A stretch of 64,000 nt of DNA from Eutreptiella sp. 'Long Island Sound 2002'. Taxonomy: Eukaryota > Protista > Euglenida. The stretch covers positions 167,772,001 to 167,836,000 of the forward strand of contig OZ038378.1 of the NCBI GenBank assembly GCA_964036045.1, written 5' to 3'. Below the pieces are notes generated by a model. That model was not told where the DNA came from. It saw nothing but the letters and a program-made list of their open reading frames with translations, and did no database searches. The position numbers were made by a program, and so were the translations under genes. Every line of letters starts with the position of its first letter. The stretch's first letter is position 1. Shown here one piece after another: positions 50,961 through 62,766 of the stretch.

Positions 50961-53900
50961 TCAGTCTGTGGGTGCAATACATGGTGGGTACAGGACACGC
51001 AATATGTCGGATTTCTGGCATCGTCCACTACGTGTGACCCCGACGAGTAGAGGGGCCCGCCACCAGGATCCTGGGTAGCGCTTCGCCTCAAACTCCTGTA
51101 TGCATGCAGACAGATTACACTGTATGTCACCCAGCGAGGAACTATAATCGGAGGATTTCATTCCTAGTTGCACAGCAATGCTTTTGGCAGATCGCTGTGA
51201 CTGCAGAGCGTCCTTATCAGGAAAGCGTGACAACTGTTTGTGAGGGGGGAGGGTGTAGTCCACCTTGGGTTTCAATCGTAGTCCCACCGATCCACTGACT
51301 GTGTTCAGTGATAAGATCGCCTCCAAGGAAGGCAAGACACTTCCCTCCCCTTCTTGTTGGAGCTCCAACCCATAGACAGCATGCAATGCTTTCTGGATGC
51401 GGGACAGTGACACAGACCCACAAATAACACCCACAATGTTATCCATATACCTATATGGATCAATGGGCATGCAACCTTTCGGTAGGCGTCTCATCAAACG
51501 ACAGCCCTTCCCTTTGTTTTGGCGAAACTGCACTTCGTGGTAGAGGCAATAGAGCTGCGCACACTGTGCAGAGCATGGACCACCAATTGCAACTCCGCGG
51601 CGCTGTCGTGCGATCCGGCTTCCAATGACGAAAAGATCATTAGTGTAAATGTCAAACTTCAAATAATTAACCACCTCTTGCATCGTTAAAATATGAAACT
51701 CAGAGGCATAACCCTTACCTAATTTGTCCAGTTTCCGGTTGCGTTTGTGGATGCTGAATATAAGGCCTGATTTGCCAACGCGCAGCCGTGGGGGAAGGTT
51801 AGTGCCTTCGGGGGGGGGGTGTGTTTTCAGAAACAGGGTGAGTTCCGAGGCCAGGCTTGTAATCGCAGAGATCACGCCGTCCCTAGGAAGGCGAGGGAAC
51901 ATTTCCTTCACGTCGAGTTCAAATAAACGTGGACGTTTCTTCGGAGGGATACCATCAGGGTACAGTTTTGACAGGGAGGACTCCACACGACCGGCGAACT
52001 CACGCACATCACCCGTGTTGAGTATGGCCCAGGTATCGAACACTTGTACCACAGCTTTTATTAACAGAGTTAGGGCTCTCCCGACACGCTGTCCATATTT
52101 TTTCAGTGGGTGGTGAAAATGGGAGAAGAGTATGCGCCATTTAAGTTCAGCAATCAATTCATTGCTCTTGTTTTTAACGAAAACAAAAGAGCATGGGACA
52201 CCAAACGACGGACCTCGTTGCAGGAAAGGGGCAAGGCCAGCCTTAGTGGCCGACTGTAGTAACATATCAAGCGCGACTTGCTTGGCAGCCTTCACTGTGG
52301 GGAGGGTATGCAGTGTCTCAAACTGTACATCATCCTGATAGAGAAGGCGCACATAGCGCAAGAAAAGGTGTCGACACATAACCCAGGTTCGGCCACTGTT
52401 TTTATCTACCATCAGAAAGGTATATGTTCCACCCCACTTTCGACGGAAAGCCTGAATCAGGGTCGGGTCAAGATACCATGGAATGGTGGACGCAAGAGTG
52501 GTGTATTCATCCGCGCATCTGGTCATATATGTCTCACGCCATTGCCCTTTCACGTCTTCGGCCATGTGTGACACACGAATAACACTGGATGCGGACCTGT
52601 CGATGCGTGCAGACAGTGACTTCCAAGGCGTGATGGTTCTGTTACCCATATGTTGTTTAAGGATGGTGGCATCTGGACCAAACAGCGTCATCCAATCCGC
52701 ATGTAGTCTGGTACACACACACCCTTGCACCTTGGTAACATCCCTCACATGGGCACAGCCACAGCGTTGGTCAGCTATGTGACACAGGCGTTTCCATGGC
52801 ACATTGATGCGGGTTGTGCATAACAGATCACGGACACGTTTGCCACCAGCAGCCTGTAGGCGTGTCACGGAACACAGATAGTGTCGCAGGGGGAGCGGCA
52901 GGGGCGCTTGCATGATGGTGCTCTTAACAAAATGTGTCAGTGACATGGGGGGGGTTTCATTACTCGCAGCATAGGGTATCGCTAGTTCCCTAGGTATATG
53001 CACACCTGTGCGTTGATGGATTTTTAGTTTCACAATACGCCACAGTTCAATCCAATGGGCACGTGTAACCATGGACTGAGACTCACACATCAAATCGAGC
53101 AGTGCTGGCACCGACATGTTAACTCTCCTGTGATTACTGAGCAGCTGTCCTACAGTAGTTTTCACCCTCTGCCGGTGAAGAACCTCAGAAGAGGCTGGAA
53201 TGCGCTTAAAGAAACGCCACCGTAAGTGGCATGGCTGCGAGACATCACGAGTGTTGTAAACATGCTTCCCAAAAAATTTTATCCATCGTCGCTCAACAGA
53301 TGGGAGTCGTTCAGGGGTAGAAACCTGCAGTGGTAGAATCAGAAAATTTTCGATGCCGTGGCGTGCCATGGCCGCGTATAACTCCAGTCCGTCCAGAAAT
53401 TCTGGTTCCCCTCTGCGCAGATGGAATGCTGCACGGATACCGCCATTCAAATGCTCAATAAACCTCTCTACTATGGATCGCCCCGTGCGCCCAACATACA
53501 CAGTACCATCAATCAGCGAAAAAACCACATACACAACACTCTGTGTTTTATCAAAAGGAGCATACAACGCTTTAGACACACCAATAATCCTTCGGATCCA
53601 TGTGTAGTTGGTGTATTTTAGCAGTGCACGCATTTCATCCAAATGAGCCGACAATTTTTGACCAAGTGTCAAGTTGGAGAGATAATTCGTATCGCGCAAG
53701 TACAGGTGCTGTCGCACCACTTGCAATCTGCGTAGTGATTCAAGTAACATACATTTTATAAGGCCTTTACCCACGGTTTGGTAGCAGTGTTTTGGGGGCA
53801 TGGACCATGTGCCACGGCCATGCTTGGACCTCGTGCTCAGCGAGGCGATATAAAGGTGCATATCAAACGGCGGTGCGTGAAACACAAAACCATTTGGTTG

Positions 53901-54086
53901 TCGTGCGGATTGCAATGTATCTCGAGTAATAAAAAACCAGGAGATGCATGGGGCTCGGAAGCTTCGGCCAAAAGCATGGTACCATAGCAATGATTTGAGA
54001 AGAAAGTCTGAAAAACCGGAACGAAAAACAAGTAGGGCATGGAAGATTCCATGGCAGCTTGACCGGTTTGAACTGGGGAAACTCAC
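50961..54086 (-). mobile_element. Penelope-like retroelement with N-terminal GIY-YIG endonuclease followed by RT (permuted, Naiad/Chlamys-type); single uninterrupted 1041-codon ORF
   Basis: GIY-YIG: VVYVVFSLIDGTVYVGRTGRSIVERFIEH...ERRWIKFFGKHVYN. Cys-rich linker: RCGC...GCVC. RT motifs: FELDVKEMFPRL, RQRRGVAIGGPCSAQCAQLY, YRYMDNIV, then a thumb region. Confidence 0.9.
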
Positions 54087-54345
54087 TATTCGGAATTGGG
54101 AGAAATCTTAAAAACAAGGCAACTTCTATATTTTATTTTTTTCTATATTCCAAACCAGAATCTTGCTAGATTCTTGGTGCCTTGCTCCTTGATGCCAAGA
54201 GCAATATGCTTTCAACACCAAAAAAAAATCGAGCTGGCATTTTAGAGATTACGAACTGCTTTAGATGCATTAAATGGAGTGGCTCATTTGCTCATTTTGC
54301 CAGAACCAGACTCCCGGATGTCGCGGGCTACGCAAATCGGTGCCA

Positions 54346-54416
54346 CACGGCGTGGCCCAATGGCAGGGCAGTCCCTCATTGCGGGACAGCTTCGGGTTCG
54401 ATTCCCGCCGCCGTGC
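54346..54416 (+). tRNA. tRNA-like cloverleaf with intact A and B boxes and an atypical anticodon loop (anticodon ATT); tRNA pseudogene or SINE head
   Basis: Acceptor CACGGCG/CGCCGTG (7/7), D-stem GCCC/GGGC, anticodon stem GTCCC/GGGAC, loop TCATTGC, T-arm TCGGG-TTCGATT-CCCGC. A-box TGGCCCAATGG, B-box GGTTCGATTCC. A T5 run lies at 54589-54593. Confidence 0.7.
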
Positions 54417-56711
54417 CACTGCGGCTGGGCGCAGTGGGGGGGATACTGCTCGCTGCTTAGGCGGATGACTTGCCCGCGGGCAGTGACCAGATGGCCTGCC
54501 TGGGGGCAGTGTCCCGGGCGCACCATGGCATACGACATTCGGGTTACCGGGTACCACCGGATTCTGTCATGTGGCTGTGCATGGTGTCTTTTTGTTTTAC
54601 TGTAACATTCCTAAGTATTGCACTGACATGCTTTCCTTTTTAGTAATACTCCGATTTCAGGCCAACCCCAGTGTGTAATTCGGAATATTGTCCAGGCTTC
54701 AGAACACAGCTGAAATCTTGTCTCTGCGAAGGGTTGGAACACAAGCACGCTTTTGAGGGCTTGGGAAGTTGATTTCCAGCGTTCTCCGGTAGAGGTGGCT
54801 TCTCTAGGCACCCTGTAAACGGACAAAAAAGTTCACAAGGAGGTTTCCTTCCGCGTGCCTTTGTGCGAGAGGGTGCTGAACCGGAGGCCGTGCCGAAGGT
54901 ACCCTGCCAATTAATCATCTTGGGATAGAAACGGAAATCAATTTCAGTGAAACACAGTTTGTCGGTCACAGCAACCACTAGTTTGTCGGTCACAGCAACT
55001 ACTGTAGTAACTTATATTATCAATATCGAAACGGCGAAGAGCAAATTTCAAATTGCACAGTGTAAAGCGCTGGATGGACAGTTGGGTGTGATGAGGCAAA
55101 TGCGATACACAAACTCTCTTACTTTTCTGCAGCTTTGGGCGCAAGCCATTTCCATGAGTTGTCGTGTTGATGGCGAAGAGTTGATGTCGAATGCAGTGCC
55201 ATGATGCCTCCTCCTCCATCCTCCGTGCAGCAGCACTCTCCCATTGCAGGAAAGTGCACGACGGCTCTACAGGTACCGGGCGGATAAGTAGACGAGACAT
55301 ATTCCTGGTGCACCCTGGCCGTGTCCCAGACGATGTTTTGCAGTCGCACCGGCCACCAATGTTGTGCAGCCAACACCTCCGAGGAACCCATGACGAGCAC
55401 TTATACGAGGTGCACGTTCTACGGAAAATTCCAAAGGCGTGCGGCCCTTGAAATGCTCCAAAGACAAGACGGGCCCCGTCACCACCCAACAAACAATCGC
55501 AGTGCGAGATTTGAGGGAAGCGTGCACAGATTTGTGAAGCAGTATCCTCGCTACCTTAGACCGTGCGTCGACGTCAACACCAGGCTACGCCCACCACTGG
55601 CCACGATTGTGCTAGTTCATACCCTACTACACACTGAGAGGGCGTGCAAGTAGCAATATGGCTAGGTCGCGAGACGGAGAACGCGCGAAACTGTCAAAGG
55701 AGAGTGTCAATGAACGTTCGTGAGCGTTCCGTTGTGCGTCGTTTGGCTACGCAAGTGGTCGTGATAGACAACCCAAGGCACGAAAGCACAACATTTTCGA
55801 ACAAGCAAAGAGTTAACTTGTGCTACTTGTGTGTTGTTGCCGTTGCTTGTATGAGAAAAATATGCTGGTGCACGTTGCACACTACTTGCATCCGTTTCCT
55901 ATCCTGAGCGGTGACATTTCGTGCCAGCATGCGAATGCTTAAACTCCCCCCCGTTCCATGGCACTGAAAAAAGTTGTGCCAGTAAGCAACGCCCAGGTCT
56001 CCTTCGGCCGTGCTGACAGCGTGGCGTGAGCGGTGCCTTAAGGGCGCTAGGTCAGTGTGCGAGACCGCGGCTGTGGAGCAAAACGGTGAATAGGTTGTTT
56101 GATGCATGAGTACCATGAATAGAGTGGCAAACGCGTTTGGTATGTGGGAGAGGGCCTTCAAGTAAAGAGGTCACAAATAAGGGGGTTTCGTGCAACTGTC
56201 CATCGTTGCACTTTGGCCCGCCATAAACCTGTGCTTCGGCCGCTTTTTTGTTGTGCCTCGGCGGGAAACCGCCATGCCAAAAATCAAGTGGAGCTCACGC
56301 ATATTGGCCATCGACCGTCTTATATTGTTGCCATCCCGAGGGTCTTGTGTTCGGCACTCTTTCCCTTGCTATCACCCCGATGAGAGCCATCCCTCCGGGG
56401 TAATGTGACATCTTGTCGTGGCCCAGTAGATTTTTTTACAAACAACACGACATGAGACACACTATAATCATACTGACGTCGACCCTCCCCAGATGACGCT
56501 TTTGTCTGCAGGAAGGAAGGACGAAACAGAAAAAGAGTACACGAAGCCACGAGTACACGAGGCCGACCCAAGACCATGGTTGCCCAAAAGCCATCGTATG
56601 CCCCATGCTATCCCTGATTATCCCATCGCACATAGCCCAAAAAGACCAAGAAGAAGGCAAATGAGGACAAAAGCAAGTCCAAAAAAATCATTTTTGCATT
56701 GTGCTGTGCAG

Positions 56712-59700
56712 AAGAAGGAAGCGAGCCCAAACAAAAAGCGCAAGAAGGATGATGCTGATGAAGCCACCGAGGAGGAGGAGAAGCCAAAGAAAGCAGCCAA
56801 GGTCTGATGTTTTGCCGTTTTTCGATATGCGGTGTGTAGAAAACGGATCATACTATGCGGCATTTGCCGTGAAGCCAACTCTCTCGTTGCATGCACAAGA
56901 TAGGTAGGCGAAGAATTTCTGAGCTGCTGTTTGATGCCGGTGCGTCAAGTATTCAGTGCATTAAATCGACTGATCAAAAAATTCTTTTTGGTTCATGAGG
57001 GATGTATTAGACCGGCTGACAACCACAGGAGAAGCCCCCCCCCCCCCCGACCCCCCCCCCCTCCTCCCCTTCCCATGTTTGAGGCTGACAGCCAACATTT
57101 TGCCTTGGCGCATTCGGCGCCAAGAGGATTTAAGCTTATTTTATTTATTTACCAAGCAAAATTTTTGGGGGGAACCATAGGAGGAGGGGTGGTCCGGCCA
57201 AACCCTCCCCCCCCCTCCTCTGTTCCAATACATCCCTGGGCACACTCTTTCAGCCGTTATGGCACACACACACACCCGTTTTGGCGCCCACCACCACTGA
57301 TGGCCAACATGTGGCGTTCCGGAACCTCCTGGCTGTATGTTACATTTGCTACATCAGTGGTGGTGAGCACCCTCCAAACTCCGCTGTATTGGAAAAGGCT
57401 TTGTGTGGGGCATGCCTCCGCCGGTGTGGGAGGGATGCCGAGGGGCAGAAGCAGCACTTGTGAGCAGACGGACAACTGTCCCACTCGCGGCTATCAAATA
57501 TTTTTGCGCGGCGTTAGGGGTTAGCCACACAGAGGATTCCCTCTTCAAAAGGTGAACAAGTACGGACAGCTAGAAGTACCACAAGTACGGACAGCTAGAA
57601 GTACCAACCGGCATTCTCACTCAGCGTTGATGCCCCCCCCCCCCCCTCCAGACCCCCTGGCTCACGCCATGGGTGTTGGGGTCCGGAATTGCACTGAACC
57701 CCCGGAATTGCACTGAACCCCCCCGGTGGTTGAAATCGCCGGGCGCAGGCAACAGATGTTCTGCCCTTGTCCCTCGCACGTTCAGTGCAAGTGAAGGAAT
57801 TGCTTCAATCATTCAGTCTTCTTGTTTCGGCCCAGGTTCCTGACATGATTGAGGCTGAAGTCAACAAGTTGAAGAAAGAGAATGACGAGCTGGCACGGCA
57901 GCTTCAGGAACAGCAGGCCAAAGCCCAGGTTGAACCATTGAAGCCCAGCCCTTCCTGTGTCTCTGAGCCCATGGGGGCGCACCGTGCGCTGTGCCCGCGC
58001 TGTGCGAAAAGTCGGCTGTTTTCCACCACCGGCAGCCATGGGTCCCAGCCGCGCTGCTGCTACACCAGGGATCTTTTTTTTTTTTTCAGTCTGATGCGTG
58101 CCACGGGTCCCAGGGTACTGAATACTGCACTGTCCAAGGGAAAAGAAGGGGAGCGCAGGACTTTCCCATGCGAAAGAAACAATAACAGACCCAGTCCCAG
58201 TGCTCTGCAGTCCCGGAGTCTCTGCAGTCTCTGCAGGCGCCACTCCGGTTCCATGGGCCCCAAGGGCTCGAAAGAATTTGTACAGTACAGATTCCCGTGC
58301 CCTATCTGCCAGATGCTTGCATGCTGCATGCCCAACCCCACGTGTTCCTTGTTTGTTTTGGGCATCGGCTCGTGCATTCAGGGAAACGCAGGCGCGGTGC
58401 GCACGGGATCTGGTGCTATTTCATGAATGCACTGTTTTTTCATCTCGTCAAAATTTAGTAAACACCGCCTGTCAAAAGCATGAGTAGAGCTTGTGGGAGG
58501 GCAGCGGGATCGAGAATTAGCGATCACCCCCGTCCTTCGGCAAGGGGAGGCACACCTGGAGACCGTCGCCCCTGACGATGATGCCAAAAGTGAAGAATGA
58601 TCGCGCGGTGCGTTTCTCACATTGACCCCGTGTTTTTGTATCATGTTGTTGGCCCTTTTTGAAAAAGACACAAAAAAAACGCTCCACTCTCCCCTCGTGA
58701 AGACATTCACGAGCCGCGAACCGTGAACCCTGTGTAAATCCCCCCTCACCCCAACACGCGGGCCCCACGTTCTGCCGAGTTTTGCCGGTTGAAGCCGCGT
58801 TCCTGTGCGCGACGACCAACGGCCGACGGGCACCCGCTGTCGATCAACCGTCGACCGCTGTCGGATGACCGCCGCCCTGTGCCCGCCCCCGCCTGCCCCA
58901 CAGGCGATGGCAATGACACCTGCGGAGCAGTTGAAGGCCGACGGCCTGGAGCAGGCCGAGAGGCCGGCCGAGCAGCTGGAGCAGCGCGTGCAGGAGCTGA
59001 CGACGGCGGTGTCGGAGGAGGCCGACGTCAAGCGCACCCTCGAGCAGCTGCGCGCCGAGGCAAGCGCGAAGGACAACGAGGTCCAGCACCTGCGGGGGCT
59101 CCTGCAGCAGCAGGAGACCAAACTGCACTCGATGGACACGCAGCTCCGGGTCAGCGTGGCGTCGGAGGAGCAGGAGAAGGGGGTGAACGCGCAGCTGCGC
59201 GCCGAGCTGAACGCGCGCGCGGCGGAGCTGGCGGCCGCCGAGCAGGCCCGGGACAGCGGCGACAGGGAGCAGGCGCGGGAGCTGCTGGAGAAGCTGCGCG
59301 TGGCGGAGCTGGACGTGTCCGCAAAGGGCCGGGACCTGGTGTGGCTGACGACGTCGCTGGAAATGAAGCAGGTGGACTTGGCGCAGGCGCAGGAGCGCAT
59401 CACGGCCCTCAGCGGCGAGCTGCAACGCGAGAAGGACGCCTCGCGGGATCACGAGCGCACGATCGCCGACCTGACGAGACACGAGGCGGAGCTCGGCGCG
59501 CAGGTGTGGTGCGCGTGGGGGACCCACCGCCCGCTCTGGCGACGCTGCTGCACGGGTCTTTGGGGGGAGGGGGGGTTGCCGGGGATTCCACCAGGAGAGG
59601 GGCCCTACGATGCCTGATGATACGTGAATCAACAAAGGATTAGTTCGTAAGACTTAGGTGCAGTGGAACCCATTCGCATCTCTCGTGATGTTCCTTCTAC

Positions 59701-61458
59701 TGCAGCGAAAGGCGCCTGTGACCTGTCACTGAAGAGCTTTCTCTTTGACTTTTGGGTTGCACTTCTGCTTTGTGCCTGACGGTACCAGTTGTGCACGCGC
59801 ATCCGCATCCCATGGCGGGGGGTTGCAGTTTTCTAGAGTGGGGTTTGCCATAAGGGCAGAGTAAGTGTGCCCGTTGGTCCTTCCAGTGTACACATGGTTT
59901 GAGTTTTTTGGAAATAAATTGTTTACACCACTTGTTCCAAGCCACTGAGGAAAGCTGCCCTTCTGCTCACAAGTGCTGCTTCTGCCCCTTGGCATCCCTC
60001 CCGTGCCGGCGCCGGCATGCCCTACACAAGGTCTTTCCCAAGACCGTGAAGTGGGTGGAGGATGCTCACCACCGCTGATGGGCCACAGGGACACACTGAG
60101 GCACAGGGGGCACGCTCCACTCGCAACACCACGAGCAGAATGCCCAGAACTGCATTGCCGCACTGATGCTTAACACGTGGTAGTTCGGAATTCTCTGCCC
60201 CTGTCTCACAGTCCCCACGGCAGGTGTGGTGGATCACCCTCCGAATGTTACGTTCTTGGGAAATGACTGAATGTGAGGACCTGTGAACGCTGGCAGGGGA
60301 GTAGACGCATGCGGGAGCTGGCTTTACCGGTCCTTAGGTTGCACCCCCCCCCCCCCAGCCAGGGAAAGAATCATTGTGGTTGTTAGAAGCCCCGGTCAGG
60401 AAAGTGATCCTGCAGATGCACGCACCAGCGTGCACGAGTCAGTGCTGGAGTCGGCAAACTCCCGCATGGACTCGGAGTGTGCATCTGGGTGCACCTGGTC
60501 AACGGCACGGGCAACAGCCCGTCTCCAACCCCCAGAGTAGTCATCCAGGGGTTCTGTTGACACAACCAAAACACGTTCGGACGCACAGAGGGTCAGAACA
60601 AGCAGTGGGGAGAGGCCAATAGGCGCCGCCAAAGGCAAACAACCTGATCCCGAGGCCTTGTGCCAAACCCTCCCCAGCCCCCCCTGGGGGGCCTCTGGCC
60701 ACCATTTAGTTGTCAAAGGTACCTCTGGAGTCCAGGGGCAACAAGGGCGGCCACTTTGATGTCTCCCCACACTGGGGACCCCCCAAAAAAGGCAAGAGTT
60801 ATGCACTCACTCTGGTACCTGGGGCACCTTCCCTTTCGGGAGGGGCGGAGCATTGTGCATTATGTGGGGGAATGCACCTGCCCCCCCCCCCCCCCCAAAA
60901 AAAATGAAGAACGCCTGTCCCGGACCCTACCCCAGCCCCCCAGACCCCCAAAAGGGGCCTGTGGCCAACAGTCAGTTTTTTTTTGCAGGGGGGGCATCGC
61001 GTCATAGCCGACGGGTCGCCCCCTTTCCCCCCTGAGTGGACGCCACAGGGGCAGTGCTGCTGCAATGGTGAGCGGCGGGGCTGCCTCTGCCGGTGCGCCT
61101 TCCTTTCCCCTGCGTTTCTGCCCAGGTCCGGCAATTGGAGAAGGCCCTCGAGAACATGCAGGCGCGGATCGACACCGAGTCGGAGCAGTTCCATCAGCTC
61201 AAGCTCAAGAACGATGAGCTGCTGCACGCCAAAGACGACGAAATCAGGCGTCTGAACGAGGGCGCCCAGACCCTCCAGGGGAAGCTGCAGGAGAAGGCGT
61301 CCGAGACCGCGCAGCTGGAGGCGCGATGCGCCGCGGCTGAAGACCGATTGCAGCAGAAGAACGAGGAGGTGGGGCAGAGGCAGGTCTGTGTTGACTCCCG
61401 TTCCCTGGCGCATGCGTTTCTGCATCATGTTCACAGACCGAAAGCGGCTGGTGGTTAA
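56712..61458 (+). CDS. Long coiled-coil protein, internal exons (5' end unresolved)
   Basis: Phase-0 GT-AG exons at 56712-56801 (KKEASPNKKRKK...), 57836-57928, 58904-59503 and 61126-61368/61383 (or read-through to TAA at 61458). They are E/Q/L/A-rich heptad sequences, and the two long exons are strongly GC3-rich. Membership of the 56712 exon is less certain. Confidence 0.75.
57280..57630 (+). repeat. Dispersed ~300-bp repeat family (other copies ~21800-21930 minus, ~59790-60110 minus, ~62900-63190 plus)
   Basis: Shared core catgcc...gggaggga(t/c)gcc(g/a)aggggcagaagcagcac(t/c)tg...gcag. Confidence 0.8.
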
Positions 61459-61729
61459 CCAAGGCAGACTCCGATTGACTGCCCGTCCCCGGTGACCCTG
61501 TCCCCTGGCACGGGCCATTTCCATTTACATATTCAGATATTTCTGCGGAGCCTGAGGAGGGGGGATGACCCCCCCCCCCAGGACCAGTTTCGCCGGAGCG
61601 TTTTTCATACATCAGTTTGCATCGTCTCTCCTTCCCACTTTCGTGCCTTTGAGTGGTTGCAATGCGGTGGCTCTGGGGAGGTGGCTTTGTTAAACAAGGC
61701 AAGTCCACAGGGCCCACCTGCACTTTCAG

Positions 61730-62766
61730 TTTTGTGAATTCAACTGCATTCGAAAAGTACAAAAAGTTTATGCTTGAGTCATACGTTGAAGACAATTGCA
61801 AAGTGAAATGGTGCCCCAGGTGTGTGCCCCTGCATGTCGGACGCTTGCAGTGTGTGCCCTGTTGCATCGGAAGCCTGCAGTGAGTGCATCTATAGCCCAA
61901 CATCAACAACCATTTTCTAACCAACCTCAACCCATACATTTCAGTTCCCCCCTTTTCACCGACAGGAACTTTTTTTGCGCTGCTTGCATGGGTATGGGCC
62001 CCGTATACCCATGATACCACTTGTGTAGCCCACTGTTGTGTGTTTGCGGATTGCGACCCAGTGCACGTCGGACTTTAACCTGATGAACCCCCTTTGAGCC
62101 CCGAGGAGGGGGTCTCGCACATCGGCCCCATGAAGAGATCTGGGAACACCCATCTTGCTCGCCGTGGCGGCTTCTACAGGGATTATGGCCGCAATCCCTG
62201 TGTTGCTGCATTGTTCACCCCTTCCGTGCAGCCTCAAAACCCATCCTCTCCACGAACTCGCCTCCGCTTTTGTTAAAGTCCCCTGCAGGGGTTTCAATTT
62301 TTGTGTTCGGAGCAGCTGAGAAACCTTCCTGTGATGAGGGTCTTCAGCCCAATCCAACCTCTTGGACCCCCTCCAGCATGATTCATTTCTACATGCTTCC
62401 CGGTCCTCCGCTCTCATCCTTTTTGTAACTGGCTACAACTCTCCTGCACCATGTCAAACACATTTACATCATTCCTCCGACTCTCAGCCAGCCTAGTTTG
62501 CACAGGTGAATAATTCCTTTGGCTGAGCGGGGTTTGTGGGGTGTGGGGAAGCTTTTGAACACATGGAGACAATTAGGCAGACAATTGTGGTGCTGGCATG
62601 CAGTGCTTTTTTTTTTTTGGTCCTCTTTGCAGTATTCCGCACTGCGGCAATGCAGTGCTATGCACGCAAGCCTCGGCCAAGGTGGTGGTGAACGTGGCAT
62701 GCAGTTGTAGCCATGAATTCTGCTTCAATTGTGCTCAGGCGCCACATGGCCCTGCACTTTATGGGT
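61730..62766 (+). CDS. Ariadne-type RBR E3 ubiquitin ligase, IBR-domain exons
   Basis: Exon 61730-61819 (FVNSTAFEKYKKFMLESYVEDNCKVKWCP) joins in phase to exon 62633-~62766 (IPHCGNAV...VACSCSHEFCFNCAQAPHGP). This is the classical IBR pattern. RING2 was not found in the window. Confidence 0.85.

Noticed and set aside
50500-54300. Hammerhead ribozyme or pLTR at the PLE ends
   Set aside because: I could not find a CTGANGA...GAAA core or a terminal duplication by eye. A covariance-model search is needed to exclude them.
58378-59643. Long overlapping ORFs on the minus strand and alternative plus frames
   Set aside because: They are shadow ORFs of the GC3-rich coiled-coil exon 58904-59503.
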